Assembly: GCA_011525785.1 (NCBI GenBank)
Contig: WYBT01000044.1
Location: 15,996 to 79,995, forward strand
Direction: 5' to 3'
Length of the DNA: 64,000 nt
Origin: Planctomycetaceae bacterium
Lineage (GTDB): Bacteria > Planctomycetota > UBA1135 > GCA-002686595
The notes beneath the pieces are model-generated. The model did no database searches and had not been told where the DNA came from. It saw nothing but the letters and a program-made list of their open reading frames with translations. The position numbers and the translations under genes are program-made. Below, one piece after another: positions 25,585 through 35,148 of this stretch. Numbering within the stretch: position 1 is the stretch's first letter; every line of letters begins with the position of its first letter.

Positions 25585-28581
25585 TCAGCTCGCGGCGTCG
25601 GAGAGCTGGGACGAGTCCGCGCCCGACTCGCGCGCCCCCAACTCGCGCGAACTGGGCGGCGCGGCGCCGTCGCGAGCCGACTCGGCGCCGAGTGCGTGAG
25701 CGTCGGCGCGCGTCAGAGCGTGCTCGTCGAGCCCCAAGTCGCGCATGCGTGCGACCAGCGTGTCGGGATCCCAGCCCAGGTACAGCGACGCACGCGTCTT
25801 GTTGAGCGTCCCGCGCAGGTTCATCGTGCTGAGCAGCGCCGCGCGCACCAGCCCCTCGTCGGGCGCGCGCGAGTTCACGCGGCGCAGGAGTTCGTGTCCG
25901 AAGCGTCGCGCGATGCGCTCGACCTCGTCGGCGCGCAAGCTGCGGCCCGGCGCCATCAGCACCAGCTTGAATACGAAGCTCTCCAGGTCGCGCACGTTGA
26001 ACGGCCAGGGCTGACGCCACAAGAGCGCGATCGCGTCGTCCTCGAAGGTCGGCGCGGGCACGCCCTCTTCCTGCGCGACGCGCTGTGCGAGCAGGTGCAG
26101 CAGCTGCGCAAGCTCGGTGCGCCGCTGCGCGAGGTCGGGCACGCACAGTTGCAGTCGTTCGAGCCTCTGGCGCAGGTCGACGTGCACCAGCGTGGCGATC
26201 GCCGGGTCGCTGGCGCGCGCGCTCGAGCACACCACCCAGCGCGGACCGCGCGCGTGCCCGCCGCGCCGCGGGGCATCCAGTCTGGCCGCCAGCCGCAGTT
26301 GATCGGTCTCACTCAGCCGCTCGAGCTGCTCGAGCACGACCGTTCCGGGCGAGTTCCAGACCGCGCTGTCGGGCGTGGGCAACTCGCCCGACAACTCCAG
26401 CAGCGGCGCCTCCGGAGCGGGTCCGCAGAAGTGCAGCCAGCGCGCCACAACGCTTTTGCCGACGCCGCGGCCGCCGCAGAGGGTCACGTGGGCGCTCGAG
26501 CGCGCGGCCAGCGAGAAGGGCTCGATCCAGGCCTGGGGACCGTGTCCGATGTGCACGTCGACGCCGAACTTCGCGCGGTGCCACTCGCGGAACTGCGCCA
26601 CGCGCAGCTGCAAGGCGAAATCGCCGGCGCGCTCGAGCCAGCGCTGGGCCAGGGACTCGGGGAAGTCGCGCCGGCGGGTCGACTCGAGCACCAGCAGACC
26701 GCACAGCTCGCCGTGGCGGCGCAACGGCAGCACCAGACCGCTCGCGCTTGCGGCGTGCATCGAAAGCTCGGCGCGCGGCTCGTCGTAGCGCACCATCGCA
26801 GCCGTGCGCAGCGCGCGCAGCACGCCCCGCCGACCGCCCGCCCCAGTCGCCGACGACGGCAGCGGCGCGGCCCACTCCGCGGCCGCGCGCGTCGGCGCGA
26901 CTCGCGCGACATCGCCCCCGCCACGCTTCGGTGCGTCGCTCGTAACGCCGCCCACAGCAACATTCGCAGCGCCGTTCGCCGCTCCGGTCGAGCCCTGGAC
27001 GGACTCGAGCGCGCGCCCCGGCGCCTCTTCGACGCGCGCGCCGCCGCCCAGCGCAACGCAACGCAGCCGCCGCGGCCCGACGTCGAAGCCCCACCAGCGG
27101 CGCTGCGCGGTCTTCATGCCGAGCGCCTCGACCAGCGCTTCGAAGGCGCGCGCCGCGGGAGGCTCCACGACCTCGCTCGCGGGCTGCCACTCGACCTCGA
27201 GCGCGGGGAGCGGGCCGCCGCGCTCGCCCTGCGCCGGCGCCGAAGCGACGGCGGTTGCGTCGAGGCCGCCCAGCAGCGCCGCTCGGTCGCGCTCAACGCC
27301 CGCGGCCGGCGTGCGCGCGCACGCGCGCTGCGCGAATTCGCGGGCGAGGCGCGTGAGCGTGGCGCGCGCGGGCGCGAGGTGGTGCTCCCACTCCAAGCGC
27401 AGCCAGCCGCACGCTTCGCCCTGCGCGTCGAGGTACGGAGCGATTGCGACGCAGGCGACGGCCGCGCGCTGGATCGTGTCGCTGGCGGCGCCCGCCAACC
27501 CGCGGTGGGCCAGCGCGGGACGCGCGTCGAGGATCGCCTGTCGCTCGAGCGCGGCCCACTCTCCGCCGCTGTGTTCGAGCCCGCGCTTCCACTCGCGCAC
27601 GCGCTCGCGCAGGCCGGGCGCGACGTCGAGCGCGACCACTCGCGTCGCGTTCCGGGCGCACAGCTCGACCTGCGCCACCGCGCAGGCGCCGATGCGCCGC
27701 CGCAGCTCGCTCAGGTCGCCGTGGTCCGCCCGCGCGAGCGCCGGCGGCGGCTCGGGCGCGGCTTCGGACGGCGGAACCGCGCTCGCGCGACCGGCGAGAC
27801 AGGCGAGCCACTGCGGCGCCGACGCGCGCAGCTCGACCAGCGCCTGCGGCAGACGCCCCGTCCAAGGCTGGTGCGCGCGACGCTCGGCCTCGCGCGCGGC
27901 GGGTTCATCGCCGCTGAGCAGCGCGCACCACACCGCCAGCCGCAGCGCGCGCGCACTGAGCGGCAGCGCCCAGGCGTGCTCCGCGAGCGCGCGCTGCGCG
28001 GCCCGCACGGCCCCGCGCTCGAGGGCGCACTCGACCGCGCCGCACAGGGCCTCCGCGCGCTCGGGCGAAGTCGGACCTCGCAGCAGCGCCTGGAAGCTGC
28101 GCTCCGCAGCGGCCGGCCCGTGCGTCACGCGCTCGAGCCGCGCGCGCCACAAACCCAGCGCCGGTTCGTCCACGCCCAGCGCGGGCAGCGCTGCGATCAG
28201 GCGCGCAGCCAGACCCGCGGCGCGCTCGTTGGGCGCCGGCGTGCGCGGCAGGTCGCGCAACTCGTCGCGCAGGGCCTCGAGCTGGCTCCAGCACTCGTGC
28301 GCCTCGCGTTCGGGTTCGCCGAACCACAGGAAGCTCTCGCTCCCCAGCTCCGCGTACAGATGCAGGCGCAGCAGATCGAGCAGCGCGGCGCGGGCCTGCG
28401 CGCGCACGTGTTGGTTGAACTCGTCGCGCGCCGCGTCCAGGCCAGCGCCGACCGCCGCGGCCCGCGGTGCGCGCGCCTCGTCGCGCAACAGGCGCAGGAA
28501 GGTCGTGACGCGCCGCGCGTGCTCGAGGTAGGCAGCGGGCGCGCGGGGCAGCAGCAGATTCAGGTTGTCGACGGCTCGCAT
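25585..28581 (-). CDS. Large regulator with sigma-54-activator-like AAA+ domain (no GAFTGA) and C-terminal Fis-type HTH
   Basis: Walker A GGRGVGKS. Walker-B-like VVLEQLERLSETDQLRLAARL. Sensor II / arginine region RVVCSS...DLRQRLERLQLCVPDLAQRRTEL. HTH LNKTRASLYLGWDPDTLVARMRDLGL. The GAFTGA loop is replaced by SGELPTPDS. A GAF-like segment lies upstream. The ~600-aa N-terminal region has unknown function. Confidence 0.55.
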   Translation of the reverse strand: MRAVDNLNLLLPRAPAAYLEHARRVTTFLRLLRDEARAPRAAAVGAGLDAARDEFNQHVRAQARAALLDLLRLHLYAELGSESFLWFGEPEREAHECWSQLEALRDELRDLPRTPAPNERAAGLAARLIAALPALGVDEPALGLWRARLERVTHGPAAAERSFQALLRGPTSPERAEALCGAVECALERGAVRAAQRALAEHAWALPLSARALRLAVWCALLSGDEPAAREAERRAHQPWTGRLPQALVELRASAPQWLACLAGRASAVPPSEAAPEPPPALARADHGDLSELRRRIGACAVAQVELCARNATRVVALDVAPGLRERVREWKRGLEHSGGEWAALERQAILDARPALAHRGLAGAASDTIQRAAVACVAIAPYLDAQGEACGWLRLEWEHHLAPARATLTRLAREFAQRACARTPAAGVERDRAALLGGLDATAVASAPAQGERGGPLPALEVEWQPASEVVEPPAARAFEALVEALGMKTAQRRWWGFDVGPRRLRCVALGGGARVEEAPGRALESVQGSTGAANGAANVAVGGVTSDAPKRGGGDVARVAPTRAAAEWAAPLPSSATGAGGRRGVLRALRTAAMVRYDEPRAELSMHAASASGLVLPLRRHGELCGLLVLESTRRRDFPESLAQRWLERAGDFALQLRVAQFREWHRAKFGVDVHIGHGPQAWIEPFSLAARSSAHVTLCGGRGVGKSVVARWLHFCGPAPEAPLLELSGELPTPDSAVWNSPGTVVLEQLERLSETDQLRLAARLDAPRRGGHARGPRWVVCSSARASDPAIATLVHVDLRQRLERLQLCVPDLAQRRTELAQLLHLLAQRVAQEEGVPAPTFEDDAIALLWRQPWPFNVRDLESFVFKLVLMAPGRSLRADEVERIARRFGHELLRRVNSRAPDEGLVRAALLSTMNLRGTLNKTRASLYLGWDPDTLVARMRDLGLDEHALTRADAHALGAESARDGAAPPSSRELGARESGADSSQLSDAAS

Positions 28582-28690
28582 GCGATGGGATGGGGTTGGA
28601 GCGGTGACGAACGATGGGCCCGTTCAGCGGCCCGCAGAAACCAGGCGCGCCGTCCGCCACAGCGGGCAGGCGGCGCGCGCGAGAAGCCGG

Positions 28691-29515
28691 TCAGCTCTGG
28701 GCCGAGCCGCGGAGTGCGGCCCCCTCGAGCGTGCGCGAAGCGCGCGAGCCCGCAGCGAGCCGGCCCGAGTCGAGCGCAGCCAGTTCGCGCTCGAGTTCGC
28801 GCCGCAGCCGCGGGGCCGGACCGCAGGCCAGCGCCGCCCGATACTCCGCACGCGCGGAGGAGAAGTCGCGCTCGCGCTGCGCCGCGCGCGCCAGTGCGGC
28901 GCGTCGACGGGCGCTGGGGTGCAGGCTCGCGGCGACGCGCGCGAGGTGGCGCGGGGTCGGCCAGTGGGCCACGTCCAGCCCGAGCGCGCGCAACAGCTCC
29001 TCGAGCGCTCGCGAGTGCCGCGCGCCGTCGAGTCGGGCGGCGCGCAGCTCGTCCGCGAGCGCGGTGCGCCAGGCCGCGAGCTCCCCGCTCCAACGTGCGG
29101 CGGCGGCCGGGTCGTGCGCGCCGCTCGCGCCGCTCGTCCAGCGCAGCTCCGCAGCTTGGCCGAGCAGGCGCGCCAACTCTTCGAGGTGCAGTCGCTCCAG
29201 CTCGAGTTCGGCCCCGCGCAGGCGCACGGCGCGCTCGCGCGGCGCGTTTGTGGAATCGGCGCCGCCCGAGCACGGCAGGGCCCCGCCGCAGAGCTCGTCG
29301 CGGGCATCGGCGTTCAGCGCGCCGTGCGCGTCGTGCAGCGGATCGAGGCGCGCCCCGGCGAGTGCCGCGCCGTTCGCGCCGGTGTTCGCGCCGATGTGCT
29401 CTCCGCGCGAGAACGACGGACCCGCGAAGTTGAACTCGACGCGCCACTCGGCCGCAGCGCTGGACGAGACGTCGTTCGCTGTCGCGTGGAGTGTGTTCAC
29501 GGACTCGAGCTTCAT
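28691..29515 (-). CDS. Hypothetical protein, coupled to the upstream sigma-like gene
   Basis: 274 aa. Its ATG at 29513-29515 overlaps the upstream stop (ATGA). The composition (D/E/L/A-rich) looks more genuine than the competing Arg-rich frames. Confidence 0.4.
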   Translation of the reverse strand: MKLESVNTLHATANDVSSSAAAEWRVEFNFAGPSFSRGEHIGANTGANGAALAGARLDPLHDAHGALNADARDELCGGALPCSGGADSTNAPRERAVRLRGAELELERLHLEELARLLGQAAELRWTSGASGAHDPAAAARWSGELAAWRTALADELRAARLDGARHSRALEELLRALGLDVAHWPTPRHLARVAASLHPSARRRAALARAAQRERDFSSARAEYRAALACGPAPRLRRELERELAALDSGRLAAGSRASRTLEGAALRGSAQS

Positions 29516-30771
29516 CGCTGCGCCTCCCCACGCGTTGCACCGCCGGTCTCGTCGAGTGAGTCGTCACCCGCGCCTTCGCCTGTCTCGTCGTCGACGCGCG
29601 CGGTCGCGTTCTGCTCGAGGCCGTCGCTGTCGTCGTCGCGCTCGTGGTCGCGCCCGCTGCCACGCTCGTAGTCGCGCTCGCCGTCGCCTTCGTAGTCGCG
29701 CTCGCCGTCGCCTTCGTAGTCGCGCTCGCCGTCGCCGCCGCCCGCGCCACGACGGTCAAGGCTGCGGCCGTAGTGCTCGTCGTGCGAAGCGCCGCGCCCC
29801 GCCTCGGCGCCGTCGCGCGCCACAGGCCCGCGGCCGCCGCTCGAACCGTCGGCGACGCGCGCCGCTGCGTGCGCTCCCGGCGTCGCGGGCCGGGTCGATT
29901 GCAGCGCCGCCTCCATCACCGCCTCGAGCGCGCGCCGCGCGGCCCGCGCACATTCCGTCGGGCTCAGCCGCAGGCGCGCGGCGGAGGCCTCGAGATCCGC
30001 ACGCTCGAGCACCAGTGCGAAGAATGCTCTGCGCTCGGGCAACTCGCAGGCGTTGAAGGCCTCGCACGCGGCTCGCATGCGACTCGCCGACAACCCCAGC
30101 GGTCGCGCCAGGGCCTCGAAGATGCTCGCGGGCCGCGGCTCGCCCGCGGCGCTGCGGCCAGCACCTTGGCCCGCGATCGAGCCCGCGATCTGGCCCGACA
30201 ACGTGCGCGAGTCTTCCGCGACCTCGCCCGCCGCGTCGTTGCTCGCGTCGCGCTGTGCAGGGCGCGTCGCTCCGCGGCCAGCGCTGCTGGCGCCCGCGCC
30301 CGTCGCCGCGCCCGTCGTCGCGCCGTCTAGTGCGTCGTGCGGCGGTGAGTCGCCCGACTCCAGGCAGTCGAGGATCGCGTCGTCGACCTGGCCGCACAGC
30401 CAGCGCTCGAGCGCGGGCTCGCCGCGGTAGCGCGTCGAGAAGCGCGCGACGCGCGCGACGGCGCGCAGCCACACCCGGTCGGCGTCGAGCAGCAACGCCT
30501 GCTCCGACAGTCGCGCCGCCACCACGCCGCGCAGCGCGAGCGGATCGCCGCTGGTCAGGCGCGCCAGGACCTCGCGCGGACTCGCGCCGGCGAGCAACAC
30601 GCGCCAGTCCGCAACTTGCGCGGGCCGTCGCCCCAGTTCGCCCTCGCCGATGCGCTCCGCGCGCGCCTCGAACTCCGCCGGCGGACGTCGTTCGTCGCCC
30701 GCGCTGGGCTCGTCGGACGTCGCCACTTGCACGGGCCGACTCCCCGCAGCAGCACCTCGTGCCTGCTTCAT
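29512..30771 (-). CDS. Sigma-70 region-4-like HTH protein with acidic DYE-rich tandem repeats
   Basis: ELPERRAFFALVLERADLEASAARLRLSPTECARAARRALEAV resembles sigma region 4. The C-terminus has GDGERDYE x3. ATG at 30769-30771 with GGGGAG about 10 nt upstream. The N-terminal extension in the track ORF is Arg-rich and I reject it. Confidence 0.45.
   Translation of the reverse strand: MKQARGAAAGSRPVQVATSDEPSAGDERRPPAEFEARAERIGEGELGRRPAQVADWRVLLAGASPREVLARLTSGDPLALRGVVAARLSEQALLLDADRVWLRAVARVARFSTRYRGEPALERWLCGQVDDAILDCLESGDSPPHDALDGATTGAATGAGASSAGRGATRPAQRDASNDAAGEVAEDSRTLSGQIAGSIAGQGAGRSAAGEPRPASIFEALARPLGLSASRMRAACEAFNACELPERRAFFALVLERADLEASAARLRLSPTECARAARRALEAVMEAALQSTRPATPGAHAAARVADGSSGGRGPVARDGAEAGRGASHDEHYGRSLDRRGAGGGDGERDYEGDGERDYEGDGERDYERGSGRDHERDDDSDGLEQNATARVDDETGEGAGDDSLDETGGATRGEAQR
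29667..29738. repeat. 24-bp tandem repeat x3 (encodes GDGERDYE repeats)
   Basis: CGTAGTCGCGCTCGCCGTCGCCTT appears at 29667, 29691 and 29715. The third copy diverges at its last 4 nt. Confidence 0.8.
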
Positions 30772-31081
30772 GCCTCGCTCCCCTGCTCCACTGTTTGCCG
30801 CCCCGCTCCGTGCATCGCTGCGCGTGTGCTCGCGCGACGCGCACCTGCTCGTCGCACGGCGGATCACACTAGCTGCGCGGACGCGCGGCGGCGGCGCTCG
30901 GGCAAGGCTCGCGGCGGTCGGGCCCGCGCCGCGGGATGCGGCGCGGACGCGCAACTGGTTGTCGAGCGCGGCGTTGCGTTCACCGGGCCGGGCGCGCCGC
31001 GAGTAGCGCGCACGCCATCCCATCCGTGCGCCGCGTTCCAGGATTCCCCATTTCGGGCGACGGGGCCCGCAACGGGGCGCT

Positions 31082-32920
31082 TCAGGAGCGCGGCGGCTCC
31101 GCGGCGGCGCCGGGGGCCTTGGCCTGCGCCGCAGCTCCGCTCGGCTCGGCCGCGTCGCCCTGGAGCTTGCCGAAGTACGTCGGCATATCGACTCCGCCGA
31201 CGCTCTTCATCACGTCGAGCAGCGGCGGGATCGACTGGCCCAGGCTCGAGAGGAACCCGGCCGCGCCGCCCTTGCCCGCGCCGCCGCCCGAATCCCACAC
31301 CGTGACCTTGTCGAACTTGATGTTCGCGATGGCCTTGGCGCTGGAGTCGGCGAGGTGGTCGAGGTGCTCGAGCATGAGCAACTGGAAGGCTTCCTTCGCG
31401 CCGCCGCAGCCCGCGACGATCTGGCGCAGACCTTCGGCCTTCTTGGCCAGCATCTCGAGCTCGCCGCGCGCCTGCGCTTCGAGTCGGGCGTAGGTTGCCT
31501 TGGCTTCGCCCTCGGCCTGGATCACCAGCGCCGCAGCGCGCGCCGCAGCGTCGATCTTCTGGCGCTCGGCCTCGGCTTCCGCCTCGACCACGATGCGCGC
31601 CTTCTGCGCGCGCGCCGGAGCTTCGAGCGCGGCGCGTTGCTCGGCTTCGATCTTCTTGGCGTTCGCGGCGGCGGCCGTGGCTTCAGCCATGTACTGCGCC
31701 GCGAGCACCTCGGCCTCGGCCTGGCGCTGCTTGGTCTCGCCGATCGCATAGGCCTCGGCCTGCTTGACCTTGAGCTCCGCCTCGGAGGCCGCGATCTGCG
31801 CGCGCGAGCGGTTTTCGCCGTCGACTGCGTCGGCGTTGGCCTTGGCGACGTGGATGCGCATCGCGCGCTCGGCTTCCTTGACCTGCACCTGGCGCTCGAA
31901 GTCGGCCTTCTGCTCGCCGATCTCGCGGTCGCGGCCCAGCTCGGCCACCTTGACCGCCAGCTCGCGCTCGGCGTCCTTTTCGCCGGCCACGGCCGCCGCG
32001 TTCGCGCGCGCGACCTGCACGCGCATCTGCTGCTCGGCCTCCTTGACCTGCGCGTCGCGCTCGTACATCGCGCGCTGCTCGCCGATGGCGCGCTCCTTCG
32101 CGAGTTCCGCGACCTTCACGCTCATCTCGCGCTCGGCGTCCTTGGTGCCGATCTCGCGCAGCTTGGTGGCCTGCGCCACTTCGATTTCGCGGTCGCGCTC
32201 CGCGCCGGCGACGCCGATCGCGCCCTTCTTGGTCTGCAGCGCGACGTCGATCTCGGCCTGCTGGATCGCCTCGCTCGCGGCCTTGCGGCCCAAGGCCTCG
32301 ATGTAGCCCGACTCGTCGGTGATGTCGGTGATGTTCACGTTGATCAGCACCAGGCCGATCTTCTCCAGCTCGGGCTCCAGGCTGTGCTGGATGTTCTTCA
32401 AGAACACGTCGCGGTCCTTGTTGATCGCTTCGATCGGCATCGAGGCGATCACCTGGCGCAACTGGCCGAAGATGATGTCGAGCGCCTGGTTCTTGATGTC
32501 CTGCGTGCTCAGGCCGAGCAAGCGGATCGCGGCGTTCTGCATCACTTCGGGGCTCGTGCCGATCGCCACCGTGAAGTAGCTGGGCACGTTGACGCGGATG
32601 TTCTCGGCCGAGAGCGCGCCCTTGAGCGGCACTTCGATCTGGATCGGCTCGAGGTCGAGGTAGTCGTAGGCCTGCAGCACGGGCATCACGAAGATCGAGC
32701 CGCCGTGCACGCACTTGGCGGCCTGGCCGCCGGTGCGCGAGCCGTACACGACCAGCACCTTGTTCGACGGGCAGCGGCGATAGCGCGCGAGCACCATCAA
32801 GCCGATGCTCATCGCGAACAGCACCGCCACCGCGGTGGCGATCACGGCCCAGGGCGGCAGGCCGCCGAACAGGTTCTCGAACTGGACTGCGGGCAGAACG
32901 GCGAACGACAGATTGGACAT
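31082..32920 (-). CDS. Flotillin / SPFH (band 7) family protein
   Basis: N-terminal TM segment, SPFH domain, and a long EA-rich coiled-coil (repeated AEREMSVKVAEL / AERELAVKVAEL). ATG at 32918-32920 with an upstream GGAGAG. Confidence 0.8.
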   Translation of the reverse strand: MSNLSFAVLPAVQFENLFGGLPPWAVIATAVAVLFAMSIGLMVLARYRRCPSNKVLVVYGSRTGGQAAKCVHGGSIFVMPVLQAYDYLDLEPIQIEVPLKGALSAENIRVNVPSYFTVAIGTSPEVMQNAAIRLLGLSTQDIKNQALDIIFGQLRQVIASMPIEAINKDRDVFLKNIQHSLEPELEKIGLVLINVNITDITDESGYIEALGRKAASEAIQQAEIDVALQTKKGAIGVAGAERDREIEVAQATKLREIGTKDAEREMSVKVAELAKERAIGEQRAMYERDAQVKEAEQQMRVQVARANAAAVAGEKDAERELAVKVAELGRDREIGEQKADFERQVQVKEAERAMRIHVAKANADAVDGENRSRAQIAASEAELKVKQAEAYAIGETKQRQAEAEVLAAQYMAEATAAAANAKKIEAEQRAALEAPARAQKARIVVEAEAEAERQKIDAAARAAALVIQAEGEAKATYARLEAQARGELEMLAKKAEGLRQIVAGCGGAKEAFQLLMLEHLDHLADSSAKAIANIKFDKVTVWDSGGGAGKGGAAGFLSSLGQSIPPLLDVMKSVGGVDMPTYFGKLQGDAAEPSGAAAQAKAPGAAAEPPRS

Positions 32921-32976
32921 CGCGATGCTCTCCGTGGGCGCCGGATCGCAGCGGGGCGGATCCGGTCGCAGAAACT

Positions 32977-33528
32977 TCACAACGCCTCGACCTCGAGCGT
33001 GTCGCTCGTGGCGATGGCGACGACTTTGCACAGTGCGCCGGTCTTGATCTCGCGACCGCGCGTGAGCGCCTTGTACTGCACCGAGCGGCCCTGGACCTTC
33101 ACCGTCACACTGCCCGCGCCGGAGCGCTCGGCCGGAACGGTCAGGTACACGCGTCCCTCGACGCCCAGCGCGTTCTTGATGTCGACCGTGCCCGACGAAG
33201 CTAGGCGGTGCGTCTGCGACAGGAGCAGTCCGACGATCCAGAAGGCGAGGCTGCCGGACGCTGCGCCGATCAGCACCGAGACCCACGCGCCCAGCCCCGC
33301 GTCGAGCGCCGCCCAGCCGCCGATCCCGAAGAAGGTCAGGAAGGCGACCACGGTGCGGAACGAGAAGCCTGCGAAGCCGCCTTCGGCCGCGTCGACGGCG
33401 TCGCCGGCGTCGGCCACGTCGACATCGCCATCGGCGCCGAAGCCGAACACGCTGAGCGCCACCTGGATCAACAGCAGGAAGCCGCCGAGCAGGGCGGCGC
33501 CGATGTAGAGGGTCTGGAGGCTGAGCAT
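32977..33528 (-). CDS. NfeD-family membrane protein (flotillin partner)
   Basis: Multi-TM N-terminal half and a C-terminal OB-fold-like beta domain (GRVYLTVPAERSGAGSVTVKVQGRSVQYKA). Lies immediately upstream of the flotillin gene. Confidence 0.7.
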   Translation of the reverse strand: MLSLQTLYIGAALLGGFLLLIQVALSVFGFGADGDVDVADAGDAVDAAEGGFAGFSFRTVVAFLTFFGIGGWAALDAGLGAWVSVLIGAASGSLAFWIVGLLLSQTHRLASSGTVDIKNALGVEGRVYLTVPAERSGAGSVTVKVQGRSVQYKALTRGREIKTGALCKVVAIATSDTLEVEAL

Positions 33529-33737
33529 GGAGCGGGACGTGCGAGCGCTCTCGCGAAGCGCCAGAGCAGCTGCGGATGCGGCGACTGGGAGCCGGAGGTT
33601 ACTGACTGCGCTCGCGTCGATCCAACCGCGGCGTGCGCGCGGCGATTGTCCGGCGCGCGCCCAGAGCTATCCTCGCGCGGTGAAGCCAGCGCGCTGCGCG
33701 CGGCCCGACTCCTCCCGTTTCGGAGCAACAGCCACAC

Positions 33738-34511
33738 GTGTCCCTCCCGCTCGAAGGCAAGACCGGTCTGATCCTGGGCGTCGCCAACAAGCGCTCGCTC
33801 GCCTGGGCCTGCTCCCAGTCCCTGGCGGAGGCCGGCATGCGCCTGGCGCTGACCTACGCCAACGAGCGGCTCGAAAAGAGCGTGCGCGAACTCGCCGCCG
33901 AGCTGCCGGGCTCGATCGTCGCGCCCTGCGACGTCACGTCGCCCGAGCAGATCGACGCGCTGGTCGCGCAGCTCCAGCGCGAGTTCGGCGGCCTGGACTC
34001 GATCGTGCACGCCATCGCCTTCGCCAAGCGCGAAGAGCTCGAGGGCGACTTCTTCAACACCTCCAAGGAGGGCTACATGCTGGCCCACGAGGTGTCGGTC
34101 TATTCGCTGACCGAGATCACGCGCAAAGCGCTGCCTCTGATGGCCGAGCGCGAGGGCTCGATCGTCACGCTGACCTACATCGGCGGCGAGCGCGTGATCA
34201 AGAACTACAACGTGATGGGCATCGCCAAGGCGGCGCTCGAGGCCAGCGTGCGCTACCTGGCGGCCGACCTCGGTCCGCGCGGCATCCGCGTCAACGCCAT
34301 CAGCGCCGGGCCGATCCGCACGCTGTCGTCGTCGGGCGTTTCCGGCTTCGGCGGCATGCTCGACCACATCGCCGAACACGCCCCGCTGCGCCGCAACGTG
34401 ACGCAGGAAGAGGTCGGCGACGCGTGCCTGTTCCTGTGCGGCCCGCACTCGCGCGGCATCACCGGCAGCATCCTGTACGTCGACGCCGGCTACCACATCA
34501 TGGGCGTGTAG
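33738..34511 (+). CDS. fabI: Enoyl-[acyl-carrier-protein] reductase (NADH)
   Basis: GKTGLILGVANKRSLAW...SIVHAIAFAKREEL...YNVMGIAKAALEASVRYLA. The Y-x6-K catalytic pair is present. GTG start at 33738 with a GGAGCAA RBS. Confidence 0.9.
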   Translation: MSLPLEGKTGLILGVANKRSLAWACSQSLAEAGMRLALTYANERLEKSVRELAAELPGSIVAPCDVTSPEQIDALVAQLQREFGGLDSIVHAIAFAKREELEGDFFNTSKEGYMLAHEVSVYSLTEITRKALPLMAEREGSIVTLTYIGGERVIKNYNVMGIAKAALEASVRYLAADLGPRGIRVNAISAGPIRTLSSSGVSGFGGMLDHIAEHAPLRRNVTQEEVGDACLFLCGPHSRGITGSILYVDAGYHIMGV

Positions 34512-34522
34512 AGCGCGCGGAC

Positions 34523-35119
34523 GTGCTGCTCTCCGCGCTCACCGGGCTGGGGCTGGGCTTCGCCCACGTCTTCGCCGGGCCCGACCACCTCGCCGCGATC
34601 GCGCCGCTCGCGCGCGGCGGCGGAGCACGCGGCGCGTGGCTCGGCGCGCGCTGGGGACTTGGTCACTCGGGCGGCGTCGCGCTCGTCGCGTTGGCGGCGC
34701 GCGCGCTGCTCGACGCGGCGCAGGTCGAGCTGCTCTCGAGCTGGAGCGAGCGCGTGGTCGGCGTGGCGCTGATCGCGCTGGGCCTGTGGGGCTTCTACCG
34801 CTCGATGCGCCGCGCCTTGCCGGCCCGCGAGCACGACGCGCGCGCCCACACGCACGCCGCCTTCGGCTTCGGCGCGCTGCACGGACTCGCAGGCGCCTCG
34901 CACCTGGTCGGGGTCGTGCCCGCGCTTGCGCAACCCGACAGCGCCTCGGCGTTCGTCTACCTCGCCGCCTTCGCCGTCGGGACGATCGGCGCGATGGCGC
35001 TGTTCGCAGCGACGCTGGGCTGGGCCGACGGCCGCGCGAACGAGCGCTGGCGCACGCGCCTGGGCCACGCGAGCTGCGCGACGGCGCTCGGCGTCGGCGT
35101 GTACTGGCTCGCCGCGTAG
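34523..35119 (+). CDS. HupE/UreJ-like membrane protein (putative Ni/Co transporter family)
   Basis: About 198 aa with 6 TM segments. His-rich motifs FAHVFAGPDHLAAI and HTHAAFGFGALHG parallel HupE (HP..GLDH and HGHAHG). GTG start 11 nt after the fabI stop. Confidence 0.45.
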   Translation: MLLSALTGLGLGFAHVFAGPDHLAAIAPLARGGGARGAWLGARWGLGHSGGVALVALAARALLDAAQVELLSSWSERVVGVALIALGLWGFYRSMRRALPAREHDARAHTHAAFGFGALHGLAGASHLVGVVPALAQPDSASAFVYLAAFAVGTIGAMALFAATLGWADGRANERWRTRLGHASCATALGVGVYWLAA

Positions 35120-35148
35120 AACGGCCCGCAGAGAAGGACGCGACGGTG

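Noticed and set aside
24074-25699. 541-aa plus-strand ORF, and the in-frame MRRRKPVERLAEP... 107-aa sub-ORF crossing the 25214-25584 intergenic region
   Set aside because: Antisense to the GT-C membrane protein gene, and it reads through the strong terminator hairpin. I judged it non-coding and interpret the region as a possible sRNA instead.
25561-29433. 1290-aa plus-strand ORF opposite the AAA+ regulator
   Set aside because: Antisense artefact (Arg about 20%). The minus-strand frame carries Walker A/B and HTH motifs.
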